In this document: positions 1-13,149 of the stretch, in pieces | How the letters are laid out: each line of letters begins with the position of its first letter | How positions within the stretch are numbered: the stretch's first letter is position 1 | Source: Mobula hypostoma | Taxonomy: Eukaryota | DNA: 64,000 nucleotides | Assembly (NCBI RefSeq): GCF_963921235.1 | Contig: NC_086108.1 | Span: 52,330,001-52,394,000, forward strand | Direction: 5' to 3' | Position numbers and translations under genes: made by a program | The notes under the pieces: generated by a model | Databases searched by the model: none | What the model was told of the DNA's origin: nothing | What the model saw: the letters and a program-made list of their open reading frames with translations, nothing else

Positions 1-1086
1 ACTAAAACAAGCATTTTCAGATGAGGATGCAAAATATTCTAAGGCATTATTTTGAAAAGAGGGAGGAAATTACCTCCAAGTTCCAATCTTCACAGCATCT
101 GAAAGCAGATAGTCTGCTGATTATCTTTTATAGGAACATCTGAGCATCTTGAATGCCATTTTCCTGCAAGTGCCCCACCACAAAATGCGGTTCATTGGAT
201 GTAAAGCATTTTTAGTTTCCAAGATCATGAAAGTTAGTACTTAAATTCAATTATTTTTTCCAAACATGAGGTTGAAATAGAAAAAAGCTAAAAATAGCCA
301 CTTTTAACTCAGCTCTGACTCTCAGACTGAGGTATGCATGTGATAACATTTTTAGAGGGTGACAAAATACCATGATGAGTATGTGCAGAAGTCAAGAATA
401 CAGTTGTAAACCAAAGTTGTATGATTCCATTTGTGCAGTCATCCTGGTCTTGACAGACAAGGTGATCAAAGGCTCTGGAATTTTGATACCAAAAGACAGA
501 ACTCTTTGATCAAGTTTGCTTTTGCCAATACCTGGAATCTGCCAATACCCTAAATGAGAGATTAGTCATCAAAAAATGCACAACACAATCTGCAGCTCAA
601 TTCATCATTCCCTAAGCATTGCAGCTATTCAGATGTATCACCTTGTCATTGGGTACTCAGAGATGAAGGCAACTCAAGCCACTGAAATCCCTTCCAGATT
701 GATACAGATTTCTAAGATGACCTAGGATCATTTGGATCCATAAAGGGATCTAATAATTATATTTCAAAGCTTCTATGCTGCATGGCACCGTGCACACCAG
801 TGGGATTTATAAAACAATACAACTTTCCATTAGTGGATTATACTATTAATACAATAAAATATTTTGAGAAACATCACCTTAGTAAAATAATTAACCTTCA
901 TTATTAGTTTATAATAATTAAGTATCATGGCTTAAGATCTCTCCCCTTTATATTGCACTCTATACACAGTGGTGAATAACTTGTGATGCATTTCAACCAG
1001 CTGATAAAAAAAAAATGGGGAAATTGCACATTTCCACACAGGTCACATTTCATTCAGAATAATATTTAAGGAGTTGGCAAACTTAC

Positions 1087-1155
1087 TTTTATAGAAAGTG
1101 CATATAGGTGATTCAGCATCACATGATTTGGTTCAGGTAGTAAAGCAGGATCACA
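1087..1155 (-). CDS. PRKAB2: AMPK beta-2 subunit, penultimate coding exon (CDPALLPEPNHVMLNHLYALSIK)
   Basis: 69-nt exon with tag acceptor (1158-1156) and gtaagt donor (from 1086). Translation is the conserved alpha/gamma-binding segment of AMPK beta. No final DxVMVLSATHRYKKKYVTT exon was found in 1-1080. Confidence 0.95.
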
Positions 1156-3135
1156 CTAGATAAGTGAGATGGAGAAGTGAGTTAGACATTTTTATTGCTT
1201 CAACAAGCCAAGTATGGAACTGATTTACACATATTTCAGAAGACTGCACATACAATAGCAAATTACAAAATTCCTAATTGAATTTTTTATATCTCAAAGC
1301 AGCTTGTATAGCTTTAAGTGTAGTAAAGCAACAGAAGTTTTTATCATGAGTGCTTTTAAGAAAAACTTTTCACCACACTACATATGATTGGAAAGTGGTA
1401 GGTTTTAAAGATTATTTGAATATTAGAGGCATATAAAGGTTTAGGAAAGGAATGCCAAAATCTAGGTTTTGACAGGTGAAGTGAAAGTCTCTAATGGTAG
1501 TATGATTATTTTGTTTAACTATGCAAAAGAACAGAACTGAAGGAGTGTCGAAACTCAAAGACTCTAAGGCTGATGGATCACAGAAACAGGCAAAGATTTA
1601 GAAACAGGGATAAATGTTTAAAATCATGGTATTACTTAACTGGGGGCAGCCATTTCTGACTTCAGTTGAATAGTCAAGGAATGGAACCAGGTCAGTGTAA
1701 TCCATCTGGACATCGGTAGTAAAAATGGTAGATAGAATTTTCAATGATGTCAACAACCCCATTCAGGGCAAGAAGGCATTGTTTCTCTTGAAATTGTTAT
1801 ATCTACCATCAATTGAGATTTTGGCAAGGGACTTCTAGAAACAATAAAGGAGGATTTGGGAAGCAACAATGGATTCAAAGATTTTGAAGAAAAGGGTCGA
1901 CTACAAAAACATTGATGTTTCACTGAGCATATTGACGGCAGATTTGAAGGAGTGCGAATGTTACTGTAGGAGAGACTACATCAGCTTTCATGAGAACCAA
2001 AAATTAAGCTAGCTATGCAGCAGTTTAATGGGAATAGGTCTAAACTGTAGAAGGTGATTCTCAAGGATAAGAAAAGAGGGAAATTAGGAAAAAATTACCC
2101 TTTCCAGATGAAGGCAGGAAGGTACAGCATAGAAAGCAGCTAGCTCAGTTGAGTGGATAAAGCTTCATGATTAAGAAGTTCATGATTTCTTTACACTTTG
2201 TTGCAGGAGGTGAACGTGAGGCAGTAGCCTTGAAAAATTCACAGATCAAATATTGACGCAATAAACAAAAATGAAATTGTAGGAAAGAAAATACAAGAGA
2301 ACCAGAAAATGACTGATAAAGAACAAAGGTGCAAACAATGCAACATGCATGAACATTTTTTGTTGTTGTAATACTGAAAGAAAGTAGTAATTTATAACAA
2401 GAGGAAAAACATTAGTGGCCTTCTATTACTGCAAACCAACCTCCGAAAATATCCTAAAGATATTGTGACATACTGTATGGTTTTATCTAAGGAAAAGCTA
2501 AGACTAACAAACCTTAGACTACATCTAAACCTAAGCCGCCCTGGCCAGGTGTGATTTGTGCTAGGATGAAGGACTGTTGAAAAAAATAATATGGACTTAT
2601 TATATTTAAGAGTTAAAAAACCACTGACTACTTAAGTAGTTCTAGAGTTAAGAATCAAATGTTGCATGTTTTTACCGAGACAAATATAGTCAAAACAATG
2701 ACAGCATTGTCCAAAGGGCCTGCACTGTGCTGTACTGTGCTATGCTTGATGTTCATTGTGTCATATACTAAAATGACAAAACATTTTTAAATTGCAGATT
2801 GAGATAAGTATATATCTAATCCTCAGTCAACAATATTTAAGTAGGGAAATGTACTTGCTGACTTGCTCCTACATACATTTTTATTCAATTACAATGCATG
2901 GTAACTCAGAGAATGATGAAGAACATAGTTCCCTACCCCCACCTCAAGAACTACTGAGCCAGATTGGGAACTAGTATTGAGTTCAGCACTACATGTGTAT
3001 GTACATTTCACATCTAATTGCTCCATCACAAAACTAATTGGCTCAAACAATAAACATTGGCTTCAATGGGAAACAGAAAATTATACTGGATGGTTAAAAT
3101 AGGAATAGGCCTAAACCATAGAAGGCAATTATCAT

Positions 3136-3551
3136 TATAGTGTTCTCGTGCAGGGTGTTGAAACTCTGACTAAACACCAAGTTAAACTGGAGCCAATGAA
3201 GACAGAGTCGTAGTAAGGTTAACCATTTACTGTTCACTCTTCCATACATTAACATCGTATGGTGAAAAGGCGTTGCTTCTATAATGTTTCTTTGTGGGTA
3301 GACACGGAGCTCTTCACGATCACGCTGCACGCATGGCACCCATCTTCACACCTTCTCTGAACTGGAGGTTACACATAAGATGCGGCGAAACCGGAGGTGA
3401 TGTCATCACATGCCACGATATACCATAGACAATGGATTTACCTTTGTTATACTGTAACTTAATTATCAGCCTTTAACTAGAAAATAGTTACAAGCAAATC
3501 ATTTAAAACGTAGACCCAACAAAGTCAAATAAATGCCTTAAGGGCAACACA
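3136..3551 (-). repeat. 3' LTR of the BEL/Pao element
   Basis: Begins TGTGTTGCC on the minus strand; about 19 substitutions and one 2-nt indel relative to 6280-6693 (counted by eye). Confidence 0.93.
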
Positions 3552-3608
3552 CTCCCTGTCTGACCTTTGTAAAGTCACTATAAACATGGTATAAAACTAG
3601 TCCCTTGA

Positions 3609-6240
3609 TCAGTCCTTAGGTAGAAGTAGAACAACCTCTGTAACTGGTCTCAGGTTTCCTTTTCAGGGTTCGTTGTAAAGATGTGAACCAGTTGACTGCC
3701 TGCTCTTTGTTGTTTGGCAAGCGCTGGCGCAGTACTCTGAATGGTAGTGGGGCGACCCAGTTGTTCGCTTTGTCCCCAAAAACCTGTGTGTTCATTATTT
3801 TTAAGGAGATGGCGTTTTCCACAGATGGAGCAAGTTTATTATCATGCTTAGTTTGAGCAAAGACTGACTGTCCCAGTGTCTTCTCAGTTACTTTACTATG
3901 CTCATGCCTTTGTTGTGCTTCCTTGATACACATAACACTTGTGGAGGGCTGAGAAATGGAATGGCAGCCACTCTCTAGCACGTTAGTCTTGAGCGTGTTA
4001 ACTGTCCGTTTGTGTACGTTGCCAGGGCACACCTCTCCTATAACCACCCAGCCCAGATCCAGACGTTGGGTGAAGGGGGCGTTGTGTGGTCCATTGACCT
4101 GCTGCCTGACTTGGTGCACCCTAAGAACGTCACTTCCGAGTAGCAGGAGTATTTCTGCTTCCGGATCCAGTTCTGGGATGTGCTTGGCAATGTGGTGGAG
4201 ATGGGGCTGGTGTAGCACTGTGCTTGTCGCCGGAATTCGGATCGGTTATTTAAGATCTCATTGCACTCTAAGAGTGGAGGGAGGCTGATGACGACTTTGC
4301 CATCCAGCGACTCCAGCTGGAAGCCTTCTTCCTTCCTGCCATGTTTCTGCGATGCCAGAGCAAGTTCTGAGGTAGTATGGGAATGGATTACCCTTTACGC
4401 TGAACAACTTGAAGAACTCTGGTCTCACTAGTGGGCGGTCACTCTGGTCATCCAGAATTACATAGGCTTTGATGGCCTTGTCTCTGGCTCCCTTAGGGTA
4501 TACCTTAGTGAGCCAGATCTCTGAGCATGAACGGCGCGACTGACCTGGACTGCAAACTTCTGTGCAGCTCGAGCTGACAATAGTTGTATCAGAGTGATCC
4601 TCACTCTTCCCGGCATCCTCTTGAGGGAGTGGAGGAGCCTTGGCAGTTTGCAGTGACAGACCAGGATGCATGGCTCCATCGTGATTAGGGCTGTTACATT
4701 CCGAGCACTTTACGGGGAACATATACTCTTTAGTGAGGTAGGAGGTAGAGGAACAGCACTTATAACATATTCTTTCTTCCTTGAGAAGGGCCTTTCTTTC
4801 GTCAAAGGGTTTGTTTCAAAACATTCTGCATTTTTTGAGGGGGTAGGGTTTGTTGTGCAATGGACAATTCTTGCTAGGGTCATCGTTGATTGTGGAGACT
4901 TCAGTTTTATGCACTGAGACGGGTTTATTGATAACAAAATTGTTCGAAATGTGTTTGACTGGGTTGGTGTGAGTTGTGGTGCTGCCTTGATTCATGAAGC
5001 TAGGGTTGCTTCGCCTCTTCGCCTCCTTGCACACAAACCTACTAAAATATTCAAAGGGAGGGAATTGACCACCATTCTCTTCCTTGTACTCTGAGCCAAT
5101 AGACACCCATCTTTCCTGCAGCCCAAATGGAAAGGAAGTTTGTCCACAATTGGTCCAACTCCGCGTGAAGTATCCAAATACGAAAGGCCAGTTAAATAGC
5201 CGTCTTCCTTAGCACCTTGAATCTCCATGAGTAAATCTCTGAGTTCTCGTAATTCAGTGTGGTCCTTGGCTGACACCCTAGGAAAATTGTCCAGGCATTG
5301 AAATAGCGCCCTCTCAATAATTTCAGGGGCCGCATGGCAGTTCTGAAGTCTCTCCCATGCTTTGTGTAAGGCTAGCTTGGGGTTGTTGACATACATTGAG
5401 CGTATGCGTTTCACCTGTTCACTTGATTCTTTTCCCAGCCATTTAGTCATAAGGTCCAACTCTTGGATTGCTGTGAGCTGGACTCCGCCGGTGGCACTGG
5501 TGAATGAGGAGTATCACGCACGGTAATTTTCAGGCTTATCGTCAAACTGGCACAGTCCTGAATTGACGAGGTCTCGCCGCACTAAATACTGTGCCAAGGG
5601 TTCTGCTGGAGGTGGCGTGCTAGCTGGGGGAATATGTTGGGGGACATATGACTGAGCGTGTATGTTCATGATAGAATTTGATGTTCTGACTTCGGCCTTT
5701 GTCTCTGATCTCACCGGATCTGGTAAGTTTGGTGTCGGGAAGTATTCGTAGTCAGCACTTTCATACTTGAATTTGTGGCAAGGTTGCAATTGTGAGTTGT
5801 CTTCCCCAGGTGGATGCGATGCAATGAAGCTTCCCTGTGATTTCACATGAGATGGGAGAATGAATCTGCAGGTCAATTTGAGATTGGACATATTTGCTGG
5901 TGCGTTCCAGTTTGGCCCTTTCCAACATAGATTTTCCTGTTTTGTCTAGAACATGCATTTCTTCACCGTTTTCCAACACTCATGCTTCCACCACGGCCGC
6001 ATCAGCTTCTCATTGTAGCATCAGCACTTCTAACTCTGTATCTATCCTTGCCTTTTCCAACTGGTTTTCCGCTTCTCTGGCAGCCTTTTCCATTTTCAGT
6101 TTTACTTCTTGGTTAGCGTATGACGCTCGCACCTTGGCAGCTTCTGCTTTAGCTCTTGTGAGGTCAGCCACACTTGTCGACGTCCTACTGCTCTTGGCGC
6201 TGAGTGCAAGCGACTTGATGCTTGATCGCAAAACCATCGT
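3609..6240 (-). pseudogene. Disrupted BEL gag-protease polyprotein, joined to the last 13 residues of pol
   Basis: ORF fragments 6010-6324, 5514-5891, 4992-5459, 4816-5106, 4258-4722, 3616-4218; terminal RPVTEVVLLLPKD* at 3650-3609. Confidence 0.85.
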
Positions 6241-6279
6241 ACCACTTGTCAAAACATCTAATTGATTATGCCTTTTCAC

Positions 6280-6693
6280 TATAGTGTTCTCATGCAGTGT
6301 GTTGAAACTCTGACTAAACACCAAGTTAAACCGGAGCTAATGAAGACAGAGTCGTAGTAAGGTTAACCATTTACTGTTCACTCTTCCACATTAACATCAT
6401 ATGGTGAAAAGGCATTGCTTCTATAATGTTTCTTTGTGGGTAGACACGGAGCTCTTCATGATCATGCTGCACGCATGGTACCCACCTTCACACCTTCTCT
6501 GAACTGGAGGTTACACATAAGACACTGCGAAACCGGAGGTGACGTCATCACATGCCGCAATATACCATAGACAATGGATTTACCTTTGTTATACTGTAAC
6601 TTAATTATCAACCTTTAACTAGAAAATAGTTACAAACAAATCATTTAAAACATAGACCCAACAAAGTCAAATAAATGCCTTAAGGGCAACACA
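6280..6693 (-). repeat. 5' LTR of the BEL/Pao element
   Basis: Direct repeat of 3136-3551. Confidence 0.93.
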
Positions 6694-7039
6694 ACCATGG
6701 ACAAGGGAAGTAAGGCGAGAAACCATACAAGGTTGCTAAATTTGTGGTAGACACAAAAGTTGGGACAGCTATCAACAAGGATACAGAAATAGATAACAAA
6801 AGCAATGCTTGATCAATCAACTTAAAGGATAATATATTTAATGGCAACACTGAAGGTTGGAGAAAACCTACCATGATAGCACAAAAATAGTTTAAATTAG
6901 CTCCTTTCACATCCTTTGATTATGACAAGCAATAAAACTCCACAATCTGAGTGTTCAAATATTCTGATGGTTTAGCATTTGGCTCACCAGGCAATGTTTC
7001 CCAAGCTCTTTTTAATCTCACTATGGTCCCATTTCCCCA

Positions 7040-8215
7040 AGTTCAAGTCAAGTAAAGTGAAGTTTACTGTCATTTAACCGTATATATTTATGTATACAAT
7101 GTATATAGAGATGAGACAACATTTCTTCGAACCAGGGTGTAAAACACATACACAGATAACACATGATAACTTACGAAGGCAAGGATAAAATCTACAGATG
7201 AATCACACATAAATAACAAACTAAAGTGCATTAAATTTAAATATTGAAAGGTACGGAACAGATTAGCCAGTGACACTTTGAATACAATGCATCTGGGAGT
7301 TCAGAAGCCTAACGGCCTGGGGGATAAAACTGTTCCTCATCCTTACCGTTCTTGCTTTTATGCATTGTAGTCTCCTGCCTGATGGTAGAAAGTCAAAGAG
7401 AATGTTGGATGAATGAGTGGGATCCTTAATAATACTAAGGAACATGCATATGCAGCACTCCTGATAAATGTCCCCAGTGGATGGTAGGCAGACCCCTACG
7501 ATCCTCTCAGCTGTTCTGACAGTCCTTTGTAGGGACTTCAGGTCCAATGCTTGACTGCTCCCATACCAGATGGAGAGGCAATTTCTCAGGACGCTCTCAT
7601 TGGTTCTCCCGTAAAACACAGTTAAGATGGCGGGGGGGGGGGTGCCTTGCTTGCCTCAATATTCTTAAAAAGCGGAGGCACTGCTGTGCCTTCTTGTTCA
7701 GGGAGGTGATATAAGGGACCAGGTGAGGTCATTTGTGATATGAACTCCCAGGAACTTGGTACACTTAACTCTCTCTATGGAGGACTCGTATTCACAGAGG
7801 GGGATGGTTTGTCTGCACCTTCCTGAAGTCCACAATGATTTCCTTTGTCTTCTCCACATTCAGGCTGTGCTTCTCACACCAATCCACCAGCCACTCCACT
7901 ACTCTGTATACTTCGTCTTGTCATCATTTTTGATAAGGCCAACCACTGTTGTGTCAAACTTGATGACATGGTTTGAGCTGGATCCTGTGACACAATTATA
8001 CATCAGCAGTGTGAACAGCAGCGGGCTGAGCACACATATTTAGGAAGTGCCAGTGCTCAGAGTAATGGGATGAGAGATGTTGCTGCCCATGTGGACTGAC
8101 TGTGGCCTTACTATTAAGAAGTCCAGTATCTAGCAAGGACAGCTTCTGGAGTATGATGGTGTTGAACGCTGAACTGAAGTCTATAAACAGCTATCTGGCA
8201 TATGAGACCCCATTT
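7040..8215 (-). mobile_element. Rex1/Babar-type LINE 3' fragment
   Basis: RT remnant and C-terminal FY..TNESVL..CLSIWYG, PSGRRL, SFIPQAVRLLN motifs. Confidence 0.8.
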
Positions 8216-8836
8216 TCCAAGTTCCCAAGTTCCCTTTCAACTCAACAGGCTCCCAAACCCTTGTTAAATTCACGAGAGCCTCTTTTCCCACACTTCCTTT
8301 AAGTTGAACTGGGCCCCATTTTCAGTTTTCCTGTGCCTTTTGTGCTCTCTTTAAACTCACCTGGTTCACTGAAAAGATGATTACAAAAAATTGTAACGTT
8401 TAAAAGTTGATTGCTATTGAGTTGGTATATAACACCTAAAAGTTTGGAAAATTTTCCAGTCAGCGAAGTTCTGAGGGAACCAGAGTATTTAAGAAGTTTT
8501 ACTCTTTGTATTTTTGTCTGCAGGGAATTAAGGAGACAAAATACACACTGCAAGGCCCCCATAACCAGGTAAAGTGTAGGATATATTTAACTTATTTTTA
8601 ACGATAAAATCCACCTTTGGTGATTCATTAGAAATAGATTTTTTGGAGAAAAACTATATGCTCTTTTTTCCATCTGAACTTCTGACAAAATCTAACAAAT
8701 TCTTGCCTCAATCTTAAGTGTATCATTAAAGATCTTGAAGATTGAAAATAAAGATTTTAGATGAATTTTGATCATTTCAATAATTTGGAGTGTCAAAAAA
8801 TGACAATTTTAATTAAATTTATTTTAATAAACTTAC

Positions 8837-8970
8837 CGAAATGTGTGTATCCTTGTTCAGAATGACTTGGAGCAGATGAGGAGGTAAAATTGGTGGTGCC
8901 TTAAAGCGCTCTTCAGGCCTTAAAACATACATCTCCTGATGGTATGGTCCTGGAGGAGAGCTTGACAAAT
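8837..8970 (-). CDS. PRKAB2: AMPK beta-2 coding exon (DLSSSPPGPYHQEMYVLRPEERFKAPPILPPHLLQVILNKDTHIS)
   Basis: 134 nt, tag/gtaagt splice sites, phase 1 start matching the preceding exon; conserved SSSPP and PPILPPHLLQVILNKDT motifs. Confidence 0.95.
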
Positions 8971-9559
8971 CTAAAACAAATACTGTATTCTATCAATAGA
9001 ATATAAACAATCCAAGAATTTTTTTTTAAACACTAAGCTCACAACTGATCCTGCAGATCAAAAAGGGGTCATTTCCAGCATTCAATTCCAGATGAATCCA
9101 ATTCTATTCTGCAAATCCTTAGTTACATCTGTCCCACCAACTAGATAGATTCAGCAGTGGAGTGGCATAAAGGCAGAAAGGAGTAAACTTAGGAGATCTC
9201 ATCACTGATTCTATATCCCATGAAATTTTATGCAATCAGATCAAACATGAGCAAAGAAAGCATAATGTCCTTTCTTAAATGATGAACCAATGTCCCTAGA
9301 CATTGAACAAAAATTGGAAGTAATGGTGAAAGTAGTAGGACATAGAAGGTACTCTGGGTATGGGGCAGCAGTGTTCATCAAGAAGAAAGGCTTCACAGCA
9401 CCATCACTGAGTAAGCTGGATCACCCTGAAGATCACAGCTGCCAAACAGGGTTTCAGCAAGAAATGAGCTAACCAATATGAGGGATAAACCTATTTAGTC
9501 CCATTCTCAAACACCAAGCAGTGAGAGATGCATTTATTCAGAGTAGAAGTGACTAAAGC

Positions 9560-9930
9560 ACAGTATATACTCAGCTGGTTCCACCATGGGCACAATCTTC
9601 CCTACCAGAGGACATCTTCAAGAGGCAGTGCCTCAGGAAGTCAGCATCCATCATTAAGGATACTTCCCATCTAGGAGATGCCCTCCTCTCACTACCACCA
9701 TTGGGGAGGAGACAAGGAGCCTGAAAACCCAGGCTCAATTATTCAGTAACAGCTTTTTCCCCTCTGTTATCAGATTTCTGAACAGTCCATAAATACTACC
9801 TCATTATTCCTCCTTCAGCACTATTTATTTTTATATTTAAAGTCATGCTTTTATGTCTTTGCACTGTAATGCTGCAGCAAAACAACAAATGTCATGTCAT
9901 ATACAGTGATAATAAAACCTGACTCTGATT
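9560..9930 (+). mobile_element. Rex1/Babar LINE 3' end
   Basis: Similar to the 3' ends of other copies here (…aacagcttcttcccctctg…, tail aataaaacctgactctgatt). Confidence 0.75.
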
Positions 9931-10330
9931 TCTTATGGAGCCAATGTCCTGCCTTAAATTGAGAATAGCTTCCATCGTAACATGTGGCATTAAAGTTCTG
10001 CTAAACAAGATAGACTCAAATCTGGCAGACCAAAGTTAAGCATCCATAAGAAACAGTGAACCATCAATTGAAGCAGAAATTACAATACCAAGACCTGAAC
10101 CCCTGTTGGACTTCAACTTCCTAAACCTTGCATATGTTTCCTTTTTCTTTCTAACCATATTTCCAACATCTCTTGTCATCCTTGTCTTTCTTCCTCAATG
10201 GAACATGTTGGTCTTGAATACTGACCAGCTAGCCTTTAAATGACTCACGTGACAGATGTGGACTTATCCAATGACATTCACACCCTATCTATTCTATACA
10301 ATCACAAGACTCTGCCGGACATTAAGAACA

Positions 10331-10460
10331 AAGTTCAAGCAACACACATCAAAGTTGCTGGTGAACGCAGCAGGCCAGGCAGCATCTCTAGGAAGAGGTA
10401 TAGTCGACGTTTCGGGCCAAGACCTTTGTCCAGCATCTCCAGAATTCCTCGTGTTTACGT
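10331..10460. mobile_element. Tiny Penelope-like 3'-terminal fragment with internal inversion and half hammerhead
   Basis: About 10331-10430 is the reverse complement of the Penelope 3' region at 48733-48825 plus the bases resuming at 49672; 10431-10455 matches the Penelope terminus near 49681-49703 in forward orientation. Confidence 0.75.
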
Positions 10461-12384
10461 TTTTAAAAGAACAAAGTTCTGCAGGTCTACCCCATCAGCG
10501 AGTTGCTCATTGGTGGAGAAACTGAAGGAGCTGTACTCAATGTGGATCATGCTGCTGCCTGCATCAGAGAGGCATCGGTGCACAAAGGAGGTGTGCATTC
10601 TAACAGTGAGTGATAGTTTTAATCACTTTTCTTATAATCGCAAGACCTTGTTGGACATCGTTCATGAGGAATGCTGCAAGTCTGATTCACTGATTTATTG
10701 GTGGACAGCAGGGCAGATGGCTGGGGAGCTGCACGGCCTTGGTAGTAGCGAGGACCAGGCATCAAGCCGCAGTGTCGCCTGTTTACAGCCGTACAGGAAA
10801 GAGGTGTCAAGAGTCGGTGCGCTCCACGGGAGGCAGTGTGGTATGGCATCCAAGCTAGAGTCAGTGCTAAGCTCCAGTGTTTGCTCGGCAGAAATCCAGC
10901 TGTATTGTGTTCAACTACAGACTTCTGCGACATTCAAGGACTCAGCACAGAAACATAGAAAACCTGCAGCACAATACAGGCCCTTTGGCCCAGCATGTTG
11001 GACTTTTTCTTGTGTGACTGTATTTTACTGATATCTTATTTGTGCTTACTATCTTTTATGTGCTATATGTGCTTTGTACTATCTGTGGCTGTCAGTACCC
11101 TGCTTTGCACCTTGGCCCGGAGTAATGCTGTTTCATTTGGCTGTATTCAGGGATATTCACATATGGTTAAATAACAATTAAACTTGAACTATTCTTTCCA
11201 GCTCCTACCTATTACTGTTGTAATTAGCCTTTCTGCAATTTATCCCAATTTAGCACCTGAAGTCCAGTCTTTTCCTCATCAATAACTATCTGAAATTTTA
11301 CAGTTTTGATCACTATTTCCAAAATGCTCTCTGATTAAAACTCTGATCACCTACCAATACAAGGTTCAGGATAGCCCCCTCCCTAGATGAACTGTCTACA
11401 TACAGTGTCGAAAAAGGATCTCTTGGATGCACCTAACAAATTCTACTTCATCTAACACTCTTACATTAAGAGAGTACCAGTCCATAATGGGAAAGTTAAA
11501 ATCATCTCCAATAAAAAAATGTATTGCTGTTACATCTTGCCATAATCTGTCTACATATTTGTTCTTTTATCTCCTGTTGACTATTGGGAGATCTACAGTA
11601 CAACCCCATCATAGTGACTGCACCATTGTTATTCGTGAATTCTACCAACATTGCTTCACAGAATGAGCCCATGCATGTCCTCTCTAAGTGTCACTGGCAC
11701 ATACCCGTTGATCAGCAGTGCAACTCCCTCATCTATTTTACAATCTCTCTCTAATATGTCTAAACCTTCTAAGAAGTTGTTTCCCCCAGAATGAAAGTTA
11801 GTTCAATTCAAAGTAAATTTAATATCAAAGTATGAATATGTTGCCATATTCATTTTCTTGCAGGCATTTTGCAGGAAAATAAAGAAATAGAATAGAATTT
11901 ATGAAAAACTGTTGGTGAGTTGTGGATATGTTATTTTGTCACTGGAAGCATGGTGCACTTGAGGGCTACCCAGTACAATCCTCACTGTTTTGATTTGACA
12001 CAAATGGTGCATTTTGCTGTTCATCTCAATCTTCCCGTCACAGAAAGTCAAGATCATCTATTCAATTAAATATTGAAAGAGAAACTGGCATTCAAGGTTG
12101 AGCTAAAGGCAACTTTTCTTCAGTAATATTCTTAAAGGGACTTTTTTGGCATCAGTCCTTTTTGCAGCGGGGTTCCCAGCTTGAGCCACCATGAACTGAT
12201 CGGTTTACATCCAGTTAAATTTTTTAGTACATTCCACAGCACAGACCTCTTTAAAATCAAGGACTTAACTTTAGTATTCTACAGGCCACTTCAAAATCAG
12301 GCATCCGTTCAAACTCAGAAGTAGTACCTCAATGAACTGGGTGCCCAAAAATGCTGCTATGCCTTATACATAATATGTCAGTCA

Positions 12385-12650
12385 TGGTAACACTCATACT
12401 TTTTATGAATCTCTATGATTCAAGTCCCGTTTTAGTGATTTGAATACAAGTTTCTGTATTGACACTTCAGCACTAACTGAGGAAAAGTGCATGTTCAGAT
12501 ACCGTCTTTCTGATGAGATGTTTTAACAAGTTACCCCTCAAGAAGAGCAGGAAAGTTTGCATTGCTTCCTCATCAATGCTTATTTCTTAAATTGCAGTAA
12601 AATAGCTTGTCCAATTATTATTTCATTGGGATAATATTTTGCTGAGATCC
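12385..12650 (+). mobile_element. Ancient Deu-domain SINE (AmnSINE1/SacSINE1-like), decayed
   Basis: gacacttcagcactaactgagg…ccgtctttctgatgagatgtt…gaagagcagg resembles the Deu-domain consensus; B-box-like gattcaagtccc near 12417. Confidence 0.55.
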
Positions 12651-13149
12651 ACATAGATATATCAGGAAATATGCCCTTGATGAGGCTATTCCAGAATGAT
12701 GATTTTAATGTAAATTATGGGGCATCTGCATTGCACATGTGGACCAAGATCCACTTCCACAAATTTCCCAGTTCTCATGTACCTATGACCCTATTGGAAT
12801 GAATGAAGAAATCAGCTGACTGAAAGGCCTGTAAAACACCTTAGTCTTACTTTCATTATTTTAAACAGCTCCTGAGTAAACTTAAATGTTTTTTGATGTT
12901 TAAAAGCAATCACAATATTAAAATGAAACAGTGGCAAGCCTGTGGGCAAGGACTCTCAAAATGTCAAAACCATTCTGTCAGTGCAGTCAGTCACTTGCAC
13001 TTGACCATGTCTCACACTACCCTTAACATTGAAATGCTGGAAGCTAGAATTCTCGGAGGAAGATCATGCCTCAAACCACCCTAGAAGAATAAAACAGCAC
13101 AGTAGAGAATCAGAGCTTTTGCTGTTCTTTCCAACTGTTGGATCTGACT

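Larger units (their letters stand above)
3136..6693 (-). mobile_element. BEL/Pao LTR retrotransposon, internally deleted and non-autonomous
   Basis: Two direct LTRs of about 415 bp; 5-bp TSD atcat/accat; purine-rich tract (cagacagggag) next to the 3' LTR; frameshifted gag with Cys/His knuckles and protease (YVILDDQS; LLLGSD...LGWVVIG). Confidence 0.92.

Noticed and set aside
1..1080. Last PRKAB2 coding exon
   Set aside because: No minus-strand VMVLSATHRYKKKYVTT-like sequence was found; it must lie outside the window.
10240..11031. 263-aa ORF on the plus strand
   Set aside because: It runs across a Penelope terminal fragment and other repeat-like pieces, has no recognisable domain, and lies antisense in a PRKAB2 intron.
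12507..12530. CTGATGAG as a hammerhead core
   Set aside because: No downstream stem II and GAAA; better explained as part of a Deu-SINE.
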